DNA of 64,000 nucleotides from an uncultured bacterium (GTDB lineage Bacteria; Muiribacteriota; Ozemobacteria; Ozemobacterales; Ozemobacteraceae): NCBI GenBank assembly GCA_964596185.1, contig CAZQUE010000001.1, positions 6,545 to 70,544 of the forward strand, read 5' to 3'. Shown piece by piece: positions 8,982 to 17,975 of this stretch (position 1 is its first letter; each line of letters starts with the position of its first letter). The notes under the pieces were generated by a model. It saw only the letters and a program-made list of their open reading frames with translations, ran no database searches and was not told where the DNA came from. The position numbers and the translations under genes were made by a program.

Positions 8982-11900
8982 ATGCGAGTAACAAATCAAT
9001 ACATAATAAACTCGTTCGTAAACCAGATTAACCGAAACAATACCGCCCTAAGCAATACCCAGATAAAGGTAAGTTCGGGCAAAAACTATATTCGTCCCTC
9101 TGAAAGCCCCACGGCCAATGCCTTGTCAATGCTCTATAAGACAGAGATTGTTGAAAACAAACAGTATTCAGCCAATGTCGACAATGCTAATCAGTGGTAT
9201 GAAAACATAGATGCTTCGCTTACAACGGTTGAGACTGCGATTCAGCGGGTTCGTGAACTAGCTGTTCAGGGCGCTAACGATACTCTGGTGCAGGAGGATC
9301 GTGATGCTATCGCCAAGGAAATAAATGAACTGTTGTTGCATCTGGTCGATGTCGGAAACACTAATGTTGCCGGCCAGTATATCTTTGCCGGTCATGATGT
9401 AGATAAAAAGCCTTTTAGTTATCTAAATGGCATTGACTCGGGAACTAACCCCAATATGGTTACATTCTCTCTTGGCGATGTCAGAGACGATATAAATCTT
9501 AACAGTCCGATGGGTGTCTATTACAATGGTGATAATAAAAGAATAACTACAGAAATTGATCGTGGCACTATTGTAGAAAAAAGCGTGACCGGTCATGAAA
9601 TCTTTTTTGGCTCAAGCGTAATAACTCCTACTCCGGGTTTTACCTATACTTATCCGCCGCTTGAAAAGAGCTTGCCTCTCGATGCTTTGAATTCTGGAAG
9701 AGGTGTGCAGCAAGGTACCATAATCGTTACTGACCAAAACAATGTTGAGCACAAAATAGATCTTTCAACTGCGCATACTCTCGACGACGTCATTGGAATC
9801 ATCAACGACAGTCGCTCATTTGAAGCCGGAATCGAAGAGGTGCCGTCTGATACGGCAGCTGCTTTGGGTCTTTACCGAAATGCCGGACAGACGAGCACTT
9901 TGATTGGTCTGTCTGATCCGAAAATGCTTTCCGAATTTACCAATCTCACAGATCTCAATAGCGGATTAGGGGTTCCTGATGGTTATCTGAACATCAATAC
10001 CCGGGATGGCCGCAACCATAGAGTCGATTTGACCGGCGCCGTCACCGTCGGTGATGTGGTCGCCCGAATAAATGCCATTGAAGGTGGTACCACGGTTGAA
10101 GCGACCTTTGACATGATTCACAAAAGAATAGATCTCAAAGATATCACGGGTGGAAGTGGTGACTTTTCAGTTGATTCGACCAGAACACAGCTTTATATCA
10201 AAGATCTTGATCCTCATGTGGCCACCGACCTGGGATTGCTCAACAACGTCGGCGCTGGCAATCAAATTTTCTCAACTTATGATGAAGACATGGAGTCAGA
10301 AGCTACACCATTGAGCTTCCTCAACGGTGGTGATGGTGTTGAGGCCGGATATATCGATATTACCGGGCACGATGGCATCACTCGAACAATAGATCTTACC
10401 ACCGCTGGGACTCCTCAAGATGTCATCGACGCCATAAATGACCCTTTAAATGGCGCTTTCCCGTCACAGACAGCCAGTTTTGACCTTGTCAGTAAACGTA
10501 TTGTTATAACTGATAATACTGTCGGACCAGAAGATTTTCGAATTGAAGAGGTTTTTGGCGCAAATCCGGTTTCGGTTAAAGAAATCACCACGGTGACCAA
10601 AAATCTTGGTCTGCTCAAATCTTCGCAGGGAAATACCATCGTCGGCGATTCGCTGGTTCCAGCTGGACTGACTCTGGCTGACCCTTTGGCCAATCTTGTG
10701 CCACCGCCGGAAACCGGTTTCATGGTCATTCGTGGTGCTGATGACGAACCCGTAGATGTCGATCTGACCGGAGCGGCAACCATCGGTGATGTTGTCAATG
10801 CTATCAACAATACCGGCAAATTTTCGGCAACCTGGGATACTACTGCAAATCGTTTTGTAGTTTCCGATCCAAATGCGGTGAACGGCAATTTTGGGATCAC
10901 AATTGAAGAAACTTCCAATCCTGGCCGAGATCTGGGGCTAATACAAAACACGAGCAATCATACTCAGACTACTCTGACCGGTGCGCCGATAACCGTTAAG
11001 GCACTGCCAACTTTAACCGGTTCTCTTGATATGAATCCGGCTGTGACCCGCGAAACAGAGCTTAAGGCGTTGAATTCAGGCAGAACTTTCAATTCGGGGG
11101 TTAATCTGGGTTTTATCCGCATCACCGATAAAGCCGGGCATTTCAAGGCTATAGATCTGCGTGGGTCTACGACAATTGGCGACGTTCTTGATAAAATAAA
11201 CGACCCAGCCAACGGACTTTACATTGAGGCGAGGATAAACGCTGATCAGAATGGCCTCGAAATCATAGATAAAAATCATGGCGCGACGGGAAAGATGGAA
11301 ATCATCGACATCGATAGCACTAGTGCCTTCGATCTGGGCATTGTCGGGCAAACCGTAGATCACAACTGGATTGGAAAAGACATTGATCCCGGGATGACTG
11401 CAACCACGCCAATAAGTGCTTTGCGCGTTAACGATGGTGGAGTCGTAACCGGTAAAGTTTACGTTCAAAGTGGCGAATTTTCTGGAGAAATCGATCTGAC
11501 CGGAGTGAAAACGGTTGGAGAGATGATCGACAAATTTTCAAATACTGACGCGAATTTTAATATCCAGGCCTGGATATCTGATGATGGTAAACGTATAAAC
11601 CTTACCAATACCAAGGGCGAGCCATATATAAAAGTGCGCGACCTGGCCGAGGGCAATCCTAATGTCGCTTCATCTTTTGGACTGGGAAATTCGCCATCTG
11701 TTTTCACGACCCTGATGGATCTTCGTGACAATCTGCTGAGAAATGATGCCAAAGCGATTTCAGAAGAAAGTCTAAAATTTATTGATGAAGATTTAAATCG
11801 AATACTTAAATTACACGCTGAAGTGGGCACCAAAAGTAACCGAGTTACAGCAACAAAAGAAAAACAGGAAAACATTACATTAAACCTAAAGAAAATGCTG

Positions 11901-12029
11901 TCAAGTGTCGAAGATATAGATATGGCTGAAGCTATTGTCCGGATGACTGAACTGGAAACTGCCTATCAGGCAGCTCTTCAGACAGGAGCAAGGGTAATGC
12001 AGACAACCTTGATGGAATTTCTCAGATAA
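8982..12029 (+). CDS. flgL: Flagellar hook-associated protein 3 FlgL, giant (1015 aa) with six internal tandem repeat domains
   Basis: Flagellin-like N-terminus (MRVTNQYIINSFVNQINRNNTALSNTQIKVSSGK) and C-terminus typical of FlgL. The central region carries six repeats of a roughly 120-aa unit ending in xDLTGAxTxGDVxxxIN. Confidence 0.85.
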   Translation: MRVTNQYIINSFVNQINRNNTALSNTQIKVSSGKNYIRPSESPTANALSMLYKTEIVENKQYSANVDNANQWYENIDASLTTVETAIQRVRELAVQGANDTLVQEDRDAIAKEINELLLHLVDVGNTNVAGQYIFAGHDVDKKPFSYLNGIDSGTNPNMVTFSLGDVRDDINLNSPMGVYYNGDNKRITTEIDRGTIVEKSVTGHEIFFGSSVITPTPGFTYTYPPLEKSLPLDALNSGRGVQQGTIIVTDQNNVEHKIDLSTAHTLDDVIGIINDSRSFEAGIEEVPSDTAAALGLYRNAGQTSTLIGLSDPKMLSEFTNLTDLNSGLGVPDGYLNINTRDGRNHRVDLTGAVTVGDVVARINAIEGGTTVEATFDMIHKRIDLKDITGGSGDFSVDSTRTQLYIKDLDPHVATDLGLLNNVGAGNQIFSTYDEDMESEATPLSFLNGGDGVEAGYIDITGHDGITRTIDLTTAGTPQDVIDAINDPLNGAFPSQTASFDLVSKRIVITDNTVGPEDFRIEEVFGANPVSVKEITTVTKNLGLLKSSQGNTIVGDSLVPAGLTLADPLANLVPPPETGFMVIRGADDEPVDVDLTGAATIGDVVNAINNTGKFSATWDTTANRFVVSDPNAVNGNFGITIEETSNPGRDLGLIQNTSNHTQTTLTGAPITVKALPTLTGSLDMNPAVTRETELKALNSGRTFNSGVNLGFIRITDKAGHFKAIDLRGSTTIGDVLDKINDPANGLYIEARINADQNGLEIIDKNHGATGKMEIIDIDSTSAFDLGIVGQTVDHNWIGKDIDPGMTATTPISALRVNDGGVVTGKVYVQSGEFSGEIDLTGVKTVGEMIDKFSNTDANFNIQAWISDDGKRINLTNTKGEPYIKVRDLAEGNPNVASSFGLGNSPSVFTTLMDLRDNLLRNDAKAISEESLKFIDEDLNRILKLHAEVGTKSNRVTATKEKQENITLNLKKMLSSVEDIDMAEAIVRMTELETAYQAALQTGARVMQTTLMEFLR

Positions 12030-12051
12030 GCGAAGGAAATAAGCGTTAAGT

Positions 12052-12549
12052 ATGAATCTTTCCACATCAAGATTTGGAAAAATAAGCATTGCTGATGAAG
12101 AGATCATAACCTTCGATGAAGGCTTGCTTGGCTTTGAGGATTACCATCGATATGTTGTTCTCAATACGGATGACGGAAGCCCGTTCCGTTGGTTGCAATG
12201 TGTTGATGATGGGAATCTGGCGTTCGTAATTATTGAGCCACTGAGCTTCATGTTCGAATATGATCTCGAAATTTCAGACTCAGATGCTGAATTTATCGCT
12301 CTTAAACGTGCTGAAGATGCAGTTCTGTATGTCATTGTTTCGATTCCTCAGAATCCGAAAGATATGACCGCCAATCTTCAGGGCCCGCTGGTTATCAATG
12401 CTGCCAATCGCAAAGGCCGGCAGATTATTTCCAGCAACAGTCGTCACTCGGTCAAGGCGCGAATTCTTGATGAAATGGAAAAGCGTGCGGCCAAGCTCAA
12501 AGAGGTCCAGGACTCTCTCGAATCCGATCAAAAGGATGGTGAGGGATAA
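12052..12549 (+). CDS. fliW: Flagellar assembly factor FliW
   Basis: N-terminus ...[19 protein letters not shown]... is the FliW signature. Immediately upstream of csrA. Confidence 0.9.
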   Translation: MNLSTSRFGKISIADEEIITFDEGLLGFEDYHRYVVLNTDDGSPFRWLQCVDDGNLAFVIIEPLSFMFEYDLEISDSDAEFIALKRAEDAVLYVIVSIPQNPKDMTANLQGPLVINAANRKGRQIISSNSRHSVKARILDEMEKRAAKLKEVQDSLESDQKDGEG

Positions 12550-12821
12550 TGCTGGTACTGACCAGAAAGATCAATGAAAAGATCATAATCGGTGATGATG
12601 TTGAGATAGTGCTGGTTGACATTGGTAAAGACCAGGTAAAGATCGGCATCAACGCTCCCAGGAGTGTGAAGGTTCACCGTTGGGAAGTTTACGAAGAAAT
12701 CCAGAAGGAAAACAAGGAAGCAGCTAAGATCACCTCTCTTGATCCGCTCAAGAGTCTTCCTCAGGATATTCTCAAAAACTTTGGAAAAAAAGATATTAAA
12801 GCTAAAAACAAAGAAAAATGA
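12549..12821 (+). CDS. csrA: Carbon storage regulator CsrA (translational repressor), with a C-terminal extension
   Basis: [58 protein letters not shown] is a canonical CsrA core. A K-rich tail takes it to 90 aa. Start overlaps the fliW stop (TAATG). Confidence 0.9.
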   Translation: MLVLTRKINEKIIIGDDVEIVLVDIGKDQVKIGINAPRSVKVHRWEVYEEIQKENKEAAKITSLDPLKSLPQDILKNFGKKDIKAKNKEK

Positions 12822-12982
12822 TGAAAAACGGAGATAAGGAATTGTAATTGGCTATAACCGTCGGAAATCGAGCTAACGTTCGTTGGGTTGAAATTCCGAT
12901 GGAGTATGTAGAACGGGGAAAAATAAAGCTTCGAAGCAAATAAAAAACGGATTTTACCCCAATAAGTCATGGAGGCAAACCT

Positions 12983-15583
12983 ATGGCCCTGCGTATTAAC
13001 ACAAACATAACGGCTCTAAATGCGCATAGCAATCTGGTAAGAAACGATAGCAGATTGTCTAGCTCAATCGAGCGCCTTTCGTCAGGTCTGAGAATCAACA
13101 GAGCATCTGATGATGCCGCTGGTCTGACGATCTCCGAGAAACTTCGCACCCAGGTGCGAGGAATTAATCGGGCCATCATGAACGTCCAGGATGGAATCAG
13201 TCTCATTCAAACAGCCGAAGGCGCGCTGAATGAAATCCACAGCATGCTGCAACGCATGCGTGAACTTGCTCTGCAGTCAGGCAATGATACTCTCACTACC
13301 ACTGACAGACTCGAAATTCAGAAAGAAATCGCTCAGCTCAAAGAAGACATCAACAGAATTTCTTACGGTACTGAATTCAATACCAGAAAACTGTTGGATG
13401 GCAGTGGCACTGCACAGGTCTCAACCAGCGATCCGAAAAACCTCGACCCAGTTGTTGTTGGCGAGGTTCTTACTTTTTCTGATTTCTCTGTAGTTGTATG
13501 GCCAAAATCTGAGTATACGCCTGCCTCTGGATGGAAAGTCTTTGATGGACAGCCAGAGCAACAACACTCAAACATTTTTACCACCGTAGATGGCGAAATA
13601 GCTTCTTCGAGCACCACTCTGCAGTCATTGTCAAATTTCTACGACAGTAATGGGCATTTCATTCTTGATTTACCCCAGACCCTTTTTCTGCAGGGCGATA
13701 ACAGTCAGGGCGAGATTGTGGTCAGCAAAGACCTCACTTTGGCACAATTGACTCAACGCATTGAAGATGCTATGACCGAAGATCAGCTTGGTAAAGGTCT
13801 TCATTTCGAAGGTTCAACTTCTGAATTGAATCTTTCTGGCGAACATAACGGTCAGATCGTTGTTACATCTGGCCGCAACGGTGAACTTGGCCGCATCAAT
13901 TTTACTGGTGAAGAAAGCCTGGTTAAAGCCCTTGGTTTTCAGCAGGTGGTTGCTCCTGAAGATCCAGTTTATTCAATCGCTGTTACCAATCTTGGTGTTC
14001 CCTACGGCGAACGCCAGACTCTCACTACTCAGATTGCCGGTCATCGCGCACCTGGTCTTATCGAAGGTATCGATCTTGCTTTCGAACCTCCTCTTTCAGC
14101 CCATGTAGATACCGCTCCGGCAGAACTTGGTATATCACTCGCCGGACCGATTACTTTCAACGTTGATGACTCTGTTCAGACTAACGCTGTGATTAATATT
14201 CCAGCAGGCCAATTTAGTATGAATCAGATCTCTTCAATCGTTAATGACACGCTTTCCGTTGCTGGCAGTAGAGTTCTTAGCAGAGTTAATGATCATTACG
14301 CGCTGGAATTCTATACAAAAGACACCGGATCAGCTGGATTTTTGAGCATTACCGGCAGCACTCTGGGCAATGAGCTTGGTATAGCCAACGGTAGATATAC
14401 TGGCACTGGCGGTAACCCTGGTGTTGCTAACTCTTATCAGCTCATATCCGTGTTTGATTTCTCTGTAAACAACGTTGTTTTCAGTATCAATGACAGTCAC
14501 GGATTAAATACTGGTGCTATAAATCTGAATGGGAATTACTCAGCCGGCGGTTTGAATTCACTGGTTGAAGCTATCAATAATCAACTTGCTACAACAAGCG
14601 TGCGGATTATTGCCGAAGCCAACAATGGAACTTTGTCATTCAGATCTCTTGAAACTGGTGTTGGTTCGAACTTTGATATATATGATACTGGCGCTGGCGC
14701 ACAAAGTATCTTTTCCGGTTTGCGCATGAATAACCAGACAACTACATCTGGTTTTGACGGCAATCCGGCTGTGCAGAACTTCGCTTATGATCAGTCCTCT
14801 GCGTTCTTCGGATGGGTCGTTGCCGATGATGGTGTCGGCGGACCTGATAATCTTTCGTTTTTCATCGCTGATCTGGACGGGAATGGCATGGAAATTTCCA
14901 TATCATTTGGGGATGCAGCTGCGGGGACATCGTTCAGAACCATTACTGATATTGCCAACGCAATTAATCAGCAGGCATGGAACACTGGTGTTAAGGTCAA
15001 TGCTGAAATCAATACAGCGACCAATACCATCAGAATGTTTTCAACCATACCCGGAAAAGACGGCAAGGTCGTCTTAACCGAACTTGGCAGCCCTGATTCA
15101 TCGAACACTCTGAAGAAGATTCTCGATATCGACCCAATTGCTTACGAGAACGGTGTTGGACAATATGCCTTTACCATGCATGTTAAGGATACCTCGATTC
15201 AGTTCCAGATCGGGCCTAACCAGGGGCATACTGCAAAGGCCAATATTATAAGAACTGACTGCAAGGCCCTTGGTATTGAAGACCTTGACCTGACTACCGT
15301 AAAATCTTCTGAAATCGCTATTGGTCTTATTGATAAGGCTCTGCAACGCATTTCTTCTGAGCGTGCCAAACTTGGTGCGATCGAGAACCGCATGACCTAC
15401 ACCAACAACAGCTTGCGTGTAGCACTGCAGAACATGACCGCATCTGAATCACGCATCAGAGATGTAGATATGGCTGCTGAAGTTATTGAAATGACTCAGT
15501 CACAGATTTTGCAGCAGGCAAGTAACGCAATGGTCGGCCAGGCCAACGTTTCAGCCCAGGCCGTGCTTGACTTGCTCCGCTAA
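12983..15583 (+). CDS. fliC: Flagellin, paralog 1 (866 aa)
   Basis: Conserved flagellin D0/D1 N-terminus (MALRINTNITALNAHSNL...[17 protein letters not shown]) and C-terminus (...ILQQASNAMVGQANVSAQAVLDLLR) with a long variable middle. Immediately follows fliW-csrA. Confidence 0.9.
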   Translation: MALRINTNITALNAHSNLVRNDSRLSSSIERLSSGLRINRASDDAAGLTISEKLRTQVRGINRAIMNVQDGISLIQTAEGALNEIHSMLQRMRELALQSGNDTLTTTDRLEIQKEIAQLKEDINRISYGTEFNTRKLLDGSGTAQVSTSDPKNLDPVVVGEVLTFSDFSVVVWPKSEYTPASGWKVFDGQPEQQHSNIFTTVDGEIASSSTTLQSLSNFYDSNGHFILDLPQTLFLQGDNSQGEIVVSKDLTLAQLTQRIEDAMTEDQLGKGLHFEGSTSELNLSGEHNGQIVVTSGRNGELGRINFTGEESLVKALGFQQVVAPEDPVYSIAVTNLGVPYGERQTLTTQIAGHRAPGLIEGIDLAFEPPLSAHVDTAPAELGISLAGPITFNVDDSVQTNAVINIPAGQFSMNQISSIVNDTLSVAGSRVLSRVNDHYALEFYTKDTGSAGFLSITGSTLGNELGIANGRYTGTGGNPGVANSYQLISVFDFSVNNVVFSINDSHGLNTGAINLNGNYSAGGLNSLVEAINNQLATTSVRIIAEANNGTLSFRSLETGVGSNFDIYDTGAGAQSIFSGLRMNNQTTTSGFDGNPAVQNFAYDQSSAFFGWVVADDGVGGPDNLSFFIADLDGNGMEISISFGDAAAGTSFRTITDIANAINQQAWNTGVKVNAEINTATNTIRMFSTIPGKDGKVVLTELGSPDSSNTLKKILDIDPIAYENGVGQYAFTMHVKDTSIQFQIGPNQGHTAKANIIRTDCKALGIEDLDLTTVKSSEIAIGLIDKALQRISSERAKLGAIENRMTYTNNSLRVALQNMTASESRIRDVDMAAEVIEMTQSQILQQASNAMVGQANVSAQAVLDLLR

Positions 15584-15612
15584 TTAACTAAATAAATACA
15601 TAGGTTTGCACA

Positions 15613-15643
15613 GGGGTTGCCCACGGGCAACCCCTTTTCTTTT
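15613..15643. terminator. Bidirectional rho-independent terminator between flagellin 1 (+) and the CoADR gene (-)
   Basis: GGGGTTGCC-CACG-GGCAACCCC perfect hairpin followed by TTTTCTTTT. The reverse complement is A-rich then T-rich as well. Confidence 0.7.
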
Positions 15644-15657
15644 ACTCAATTAAATGC

Positions 15658-17349
15658 TTATTTTTCCCGAGGGAATGGCCAGGCCATAATGCCGCCTTCA
15701 AGAATCCAGACATTGTCATAACCATGGCCGTTAAGTAGTCTGGCAGCCTCATAGCCACGCAATGAAATTTTGCAGTAACAGAAGATTTTGGAATTCTTAT
15801 CTTCAGGCAGTTCGTTCAATCGATTGCGAATCGAACCCAGCGGCATGAGTTTCTCGCCAATGCCGAGTCGCATGGCTTCAAACTCGTCTGAGCCCCGGAC
15901 ATCGAGAATAACCGGTTTTTCTCCTTTGTCCAGCAATGCTTTGAACTGGTGAGCAGAAACGCCTTTCATCAAACCATCGAGCTTGTTTTGCATTATATGT
16001 GCCGTGGCGATTGAATGGTCTATCGCCAGGCTGAACGGAGGAGCATAGGGAAGATCAGCATTACAGTAATCGTCTATGGTCAGCCCGCCAAGAATAGCAG
16101 TTGCCCATTCCGCAATCTGTTTCGAAACATCGCCTGGTCCTACACACTGGGCTCCAAGTATTTTCCTCGTTTTTCGATCGGCAATCAGTTTGGTAATCAG
16201 CAATTGCCCTTTCATAAAGCCTGGTTTGTCAGGGCTTGCATTGATGACCGTTTCAATGTCGATAAAACCGGCTTTAGCAGCATTTCTTTCGTTGATCCCG
16301 GTAGTTCCGGCAGAGAAATCGAAAACTTTGCAAATGCCGGTTTGAATAGTGCCGGGATATTCTTTGCGATTGTTCATGATAAGGTTCTCGCCGGCAACTC
16401 TTCCTTCAAGATTTGCCAAATCACCATAGGGCGCGAGAACTTTTTTGCCGGTAAGCCGTTGGGTTATTTCTATACAATCACCAACTGCATAAATGTTGGG
16501 ATCTGATGTCTGAAGGTAGTTGTTAACAGCTATGCCGCCAGTTTGACCGATTTCAAGGCCAGCGTTCACAGCCAGTTCGGTGTTGGGAATTACGCCGATG
16601 GCGATTATTGCAAGCTGACAATCGAGCTCTGTGCCATTTTGAAGTTTTACCCCGGTTAGTTTGCCGTCTTTGCCAAGAAACTCAGCCAGACCATTGTTAC
16701 AGATTACGTTGGCGTTTTTGCTGCGAATGTGGTTTTCAACCAGTTTTGCCATTTCTTCATCAAGAAATGACAGCAACTGGGGCAACATTTCAATGATGGT
16801 GATTTCAATTCCTGCCAGATGCAGAGCTTCACAGGTTTCGATGCCAATTAAACCACCACCAATAACCACCGCTTTGCGAATTTTCTTTTCATCGGCAATT
16901 TTTCTGAGGTAATCGGCATCACGCATGCTTTGCAGTGTTGTAATTCCCTCAAGGTCTATGCCGGGTACGTTGGGCATGCGTGGTTTTGCGCCAGTGGCAA
17001 TTACAAGTTTGTCGTATGTCAGATCTTCAGTTTGTTGATTATCGATATTTCTGATCTTGACCTTTTTATTTTTTCTGTCGATTGAAACTGCTTCAGTTCC
17101 GGTTTTGGCATTTATGCCTTTGGCATTGAGAAAAAATTTGGGATCACGAACTACTCCGGTAGGTGTGCAGATTAATTGGTTGCGATCGTCGAAAAAACCT
17201 CCTACATAATATGGATACCCACATGAGGCCATCGAAAGATCGGGGGATTTCTGAATAATTGTTATTTCAGCTTTTTCGTCAAATCTTCGGGCGCGGGCGG
17301 CGGTTTTGGGGCCTGCTGCCGATCCGCCAATTACTAGAATCTTCTGCAT
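15658..17349 (-). CDS. CoA-disulfide reductase / NADH-dependent persulfide reductase-like flavoprotein with C-terminal rhodanese domain
   Basis: N-terminal FAD motif MQKILVIGGSAAGPKTAARARR, redox-active Cys region (SMASCGYPYY), second Rossmann (VVIGGGLIGIE). The C-terminal rhodanese has an active-site CYCKISLRG. Confidence 0.75.
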   Translation of the reverse strand: MQKILVIGGSAAGPKTAARARRFDEKAEITIIQKSPDLSMASCGYPYYVGGFFDDRNQLICTPTGVVRDPKFFLNAKGINAKTGTEAVSIDRKNKKVKIRNIDNQQTEDLTYDKLVIATGAKPRMPNVPGIDLEGITTLQSMRDADYLRKIADEKKIRKAVVIGGGLIGIETCEALHLAGIEITIIEMLPQLLSFLDEEMAKLVENHIRSKNANVICNNGLAEFLGKDGKLTGVKLQNGTELDCQLAIIAIGVIPNTELAVNAGLEIGQTGGIAVNNYLQTSDPNIYAVGDCIEITQRLTGKKVLAPYGDLANLEGRVAGENLIMNNRKEYPGTIQTGICKVFDFSAGTTGINERNAAKAGFIDIETVINASPDKPGFMKGQLLITKLIADRKTRKILGAQCVGPGDVSKQIAEWATAILGGLTIDDYCNADLPYAPPFSLAIDHSIATAHIMQNKLDGLMKGVSAHQFKALLDKGEKPVILDVRGSDEFEAMRLGIGEKLMPLGSIRNRLNELPEDKNSKIFCYCKISLRGYEAARLLNGHGYDNVWILEGGIMAWPFPREK

Positions 17350-17493
17350 GTCATTTTCCTTAATATGTAATATTTTTTAACACGATAGCAGTATAAAAGA
17401 TGCTCCTTCGCTTTTAAAGAAAAAAATCTCTAAAGCTTCATTGGTGTAATGGGAATAAAATAATGTTCCAACAAAAGGGAAAATTAAAAAACT

Positions 17494-17535
17494 AGTTGCG
17501 CAACCTTTTGCTGGTTTCGCAACCAGTTGCGCAAA
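17494..17535. promoter_or_regulatory. Three copies of a palindromic GTT(G/T)CGCAAC motif in the divergent CoADR / thioredoxin intergenic region (candidate operator)
   Basis: AGTTGCGCAAC at 17494-17504, GTTTCGCAAC at 17514-17523 and AGTTGCGCAA at 17525-17534. The TTGCGCAA core is self-complementary. Confidence 0.35.
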
Positions 17536-17653
17536 ATCGACTGGTTGCTATTGTGAAAAAAATATCCTGTGCGGCTATTTCCCAGCGTCTTTACATTAGT
17601 TGGCACAAAAGATGCTTATAAGTTTGCAAATATTTTCTTATAGGAGATTTAAA

Positions 17654-17965
17654 ATGAGCGCAACAGTAGAAAAAATAAATTCGGTAAACTTCAATGAAAT
17701 GATCGGAAAAGGCACTGTGTTGGTAGATTTCTGGGCTCCATGGTGTGGGCCCTGCCAAATGCAATTGCCGATTTTAGAGAAAGTTGCCCAAAGGGTTGGT
17801 GAAAAGGCGAAGATTGCCAAGTTGAACGTTGAAGAAAGTCCAGATGTTGCTTCCAAATTCAACATATACTCGATTCCGACATTGATAGTTTTTAAAGAAG
17901 GTCAGCCGGTCAAGGTTTTCCAGGGATTGCAAACCGAAGATACATTGGTTAACGCAGTATCATAA
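17654..17965 (+). CDS. trxA: Thioredoxin
   Basis: WAPWCGPC active site. 104 aa when started at the ATG at 17654, which follows a TAGGAG RBS. The track ORF from 17600 is in the same frame but has no RBS. Confidence 0.8.
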   Translation: MSATVEKINSVNFNEMIGKGTVLVDFWAPWCGPCQMQLPILEKVAQRVGEKAKIAKLNVEESPDVASKFNIYSIPTLIVFKEGQPVKVFQGLQTEDTLVNAVS

Positions 17966-17975
17966 GGAGCGAACA

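Noticed and set aside
9690-11560. A regular ~360-nt periodicity, checked as a possible CRISPR or satellite repeat.
   Set aside because: The periodicity is at the protein-domain level only, within one ORF. The nucleotide identity between units is low and there are no short direct repeats with unique spacers. No CRISPR array was found anywhere in the window.
10415-11875. Three antisense ORFs (180, 130 and 136 aa) inside flgL, and similar 60-120-aa antisense ORFs inside every flagellin, fliD and lpxD.
   Set aside because: They lie wholly within strongly supported sense genes, have no RBS, and have low-complexity or odd compositions. They are typical shadow ORFs of sense coding sequence.
16015-16912. 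Plus-strand ORFs (163, 89, 62 and 83 aa) opposite the CoADR gene.
   Set aside because: They are shadow ORFs within a well-supported minus-strand flavoprotein gene.
17600-17653. The longer thioredoxin ORF starting at 17600.
   Set aside because: There is no RBS at 17600. An ATG at 17654 follows TAGGAG and yields a canonical roughly 104-aa thioredoxin.
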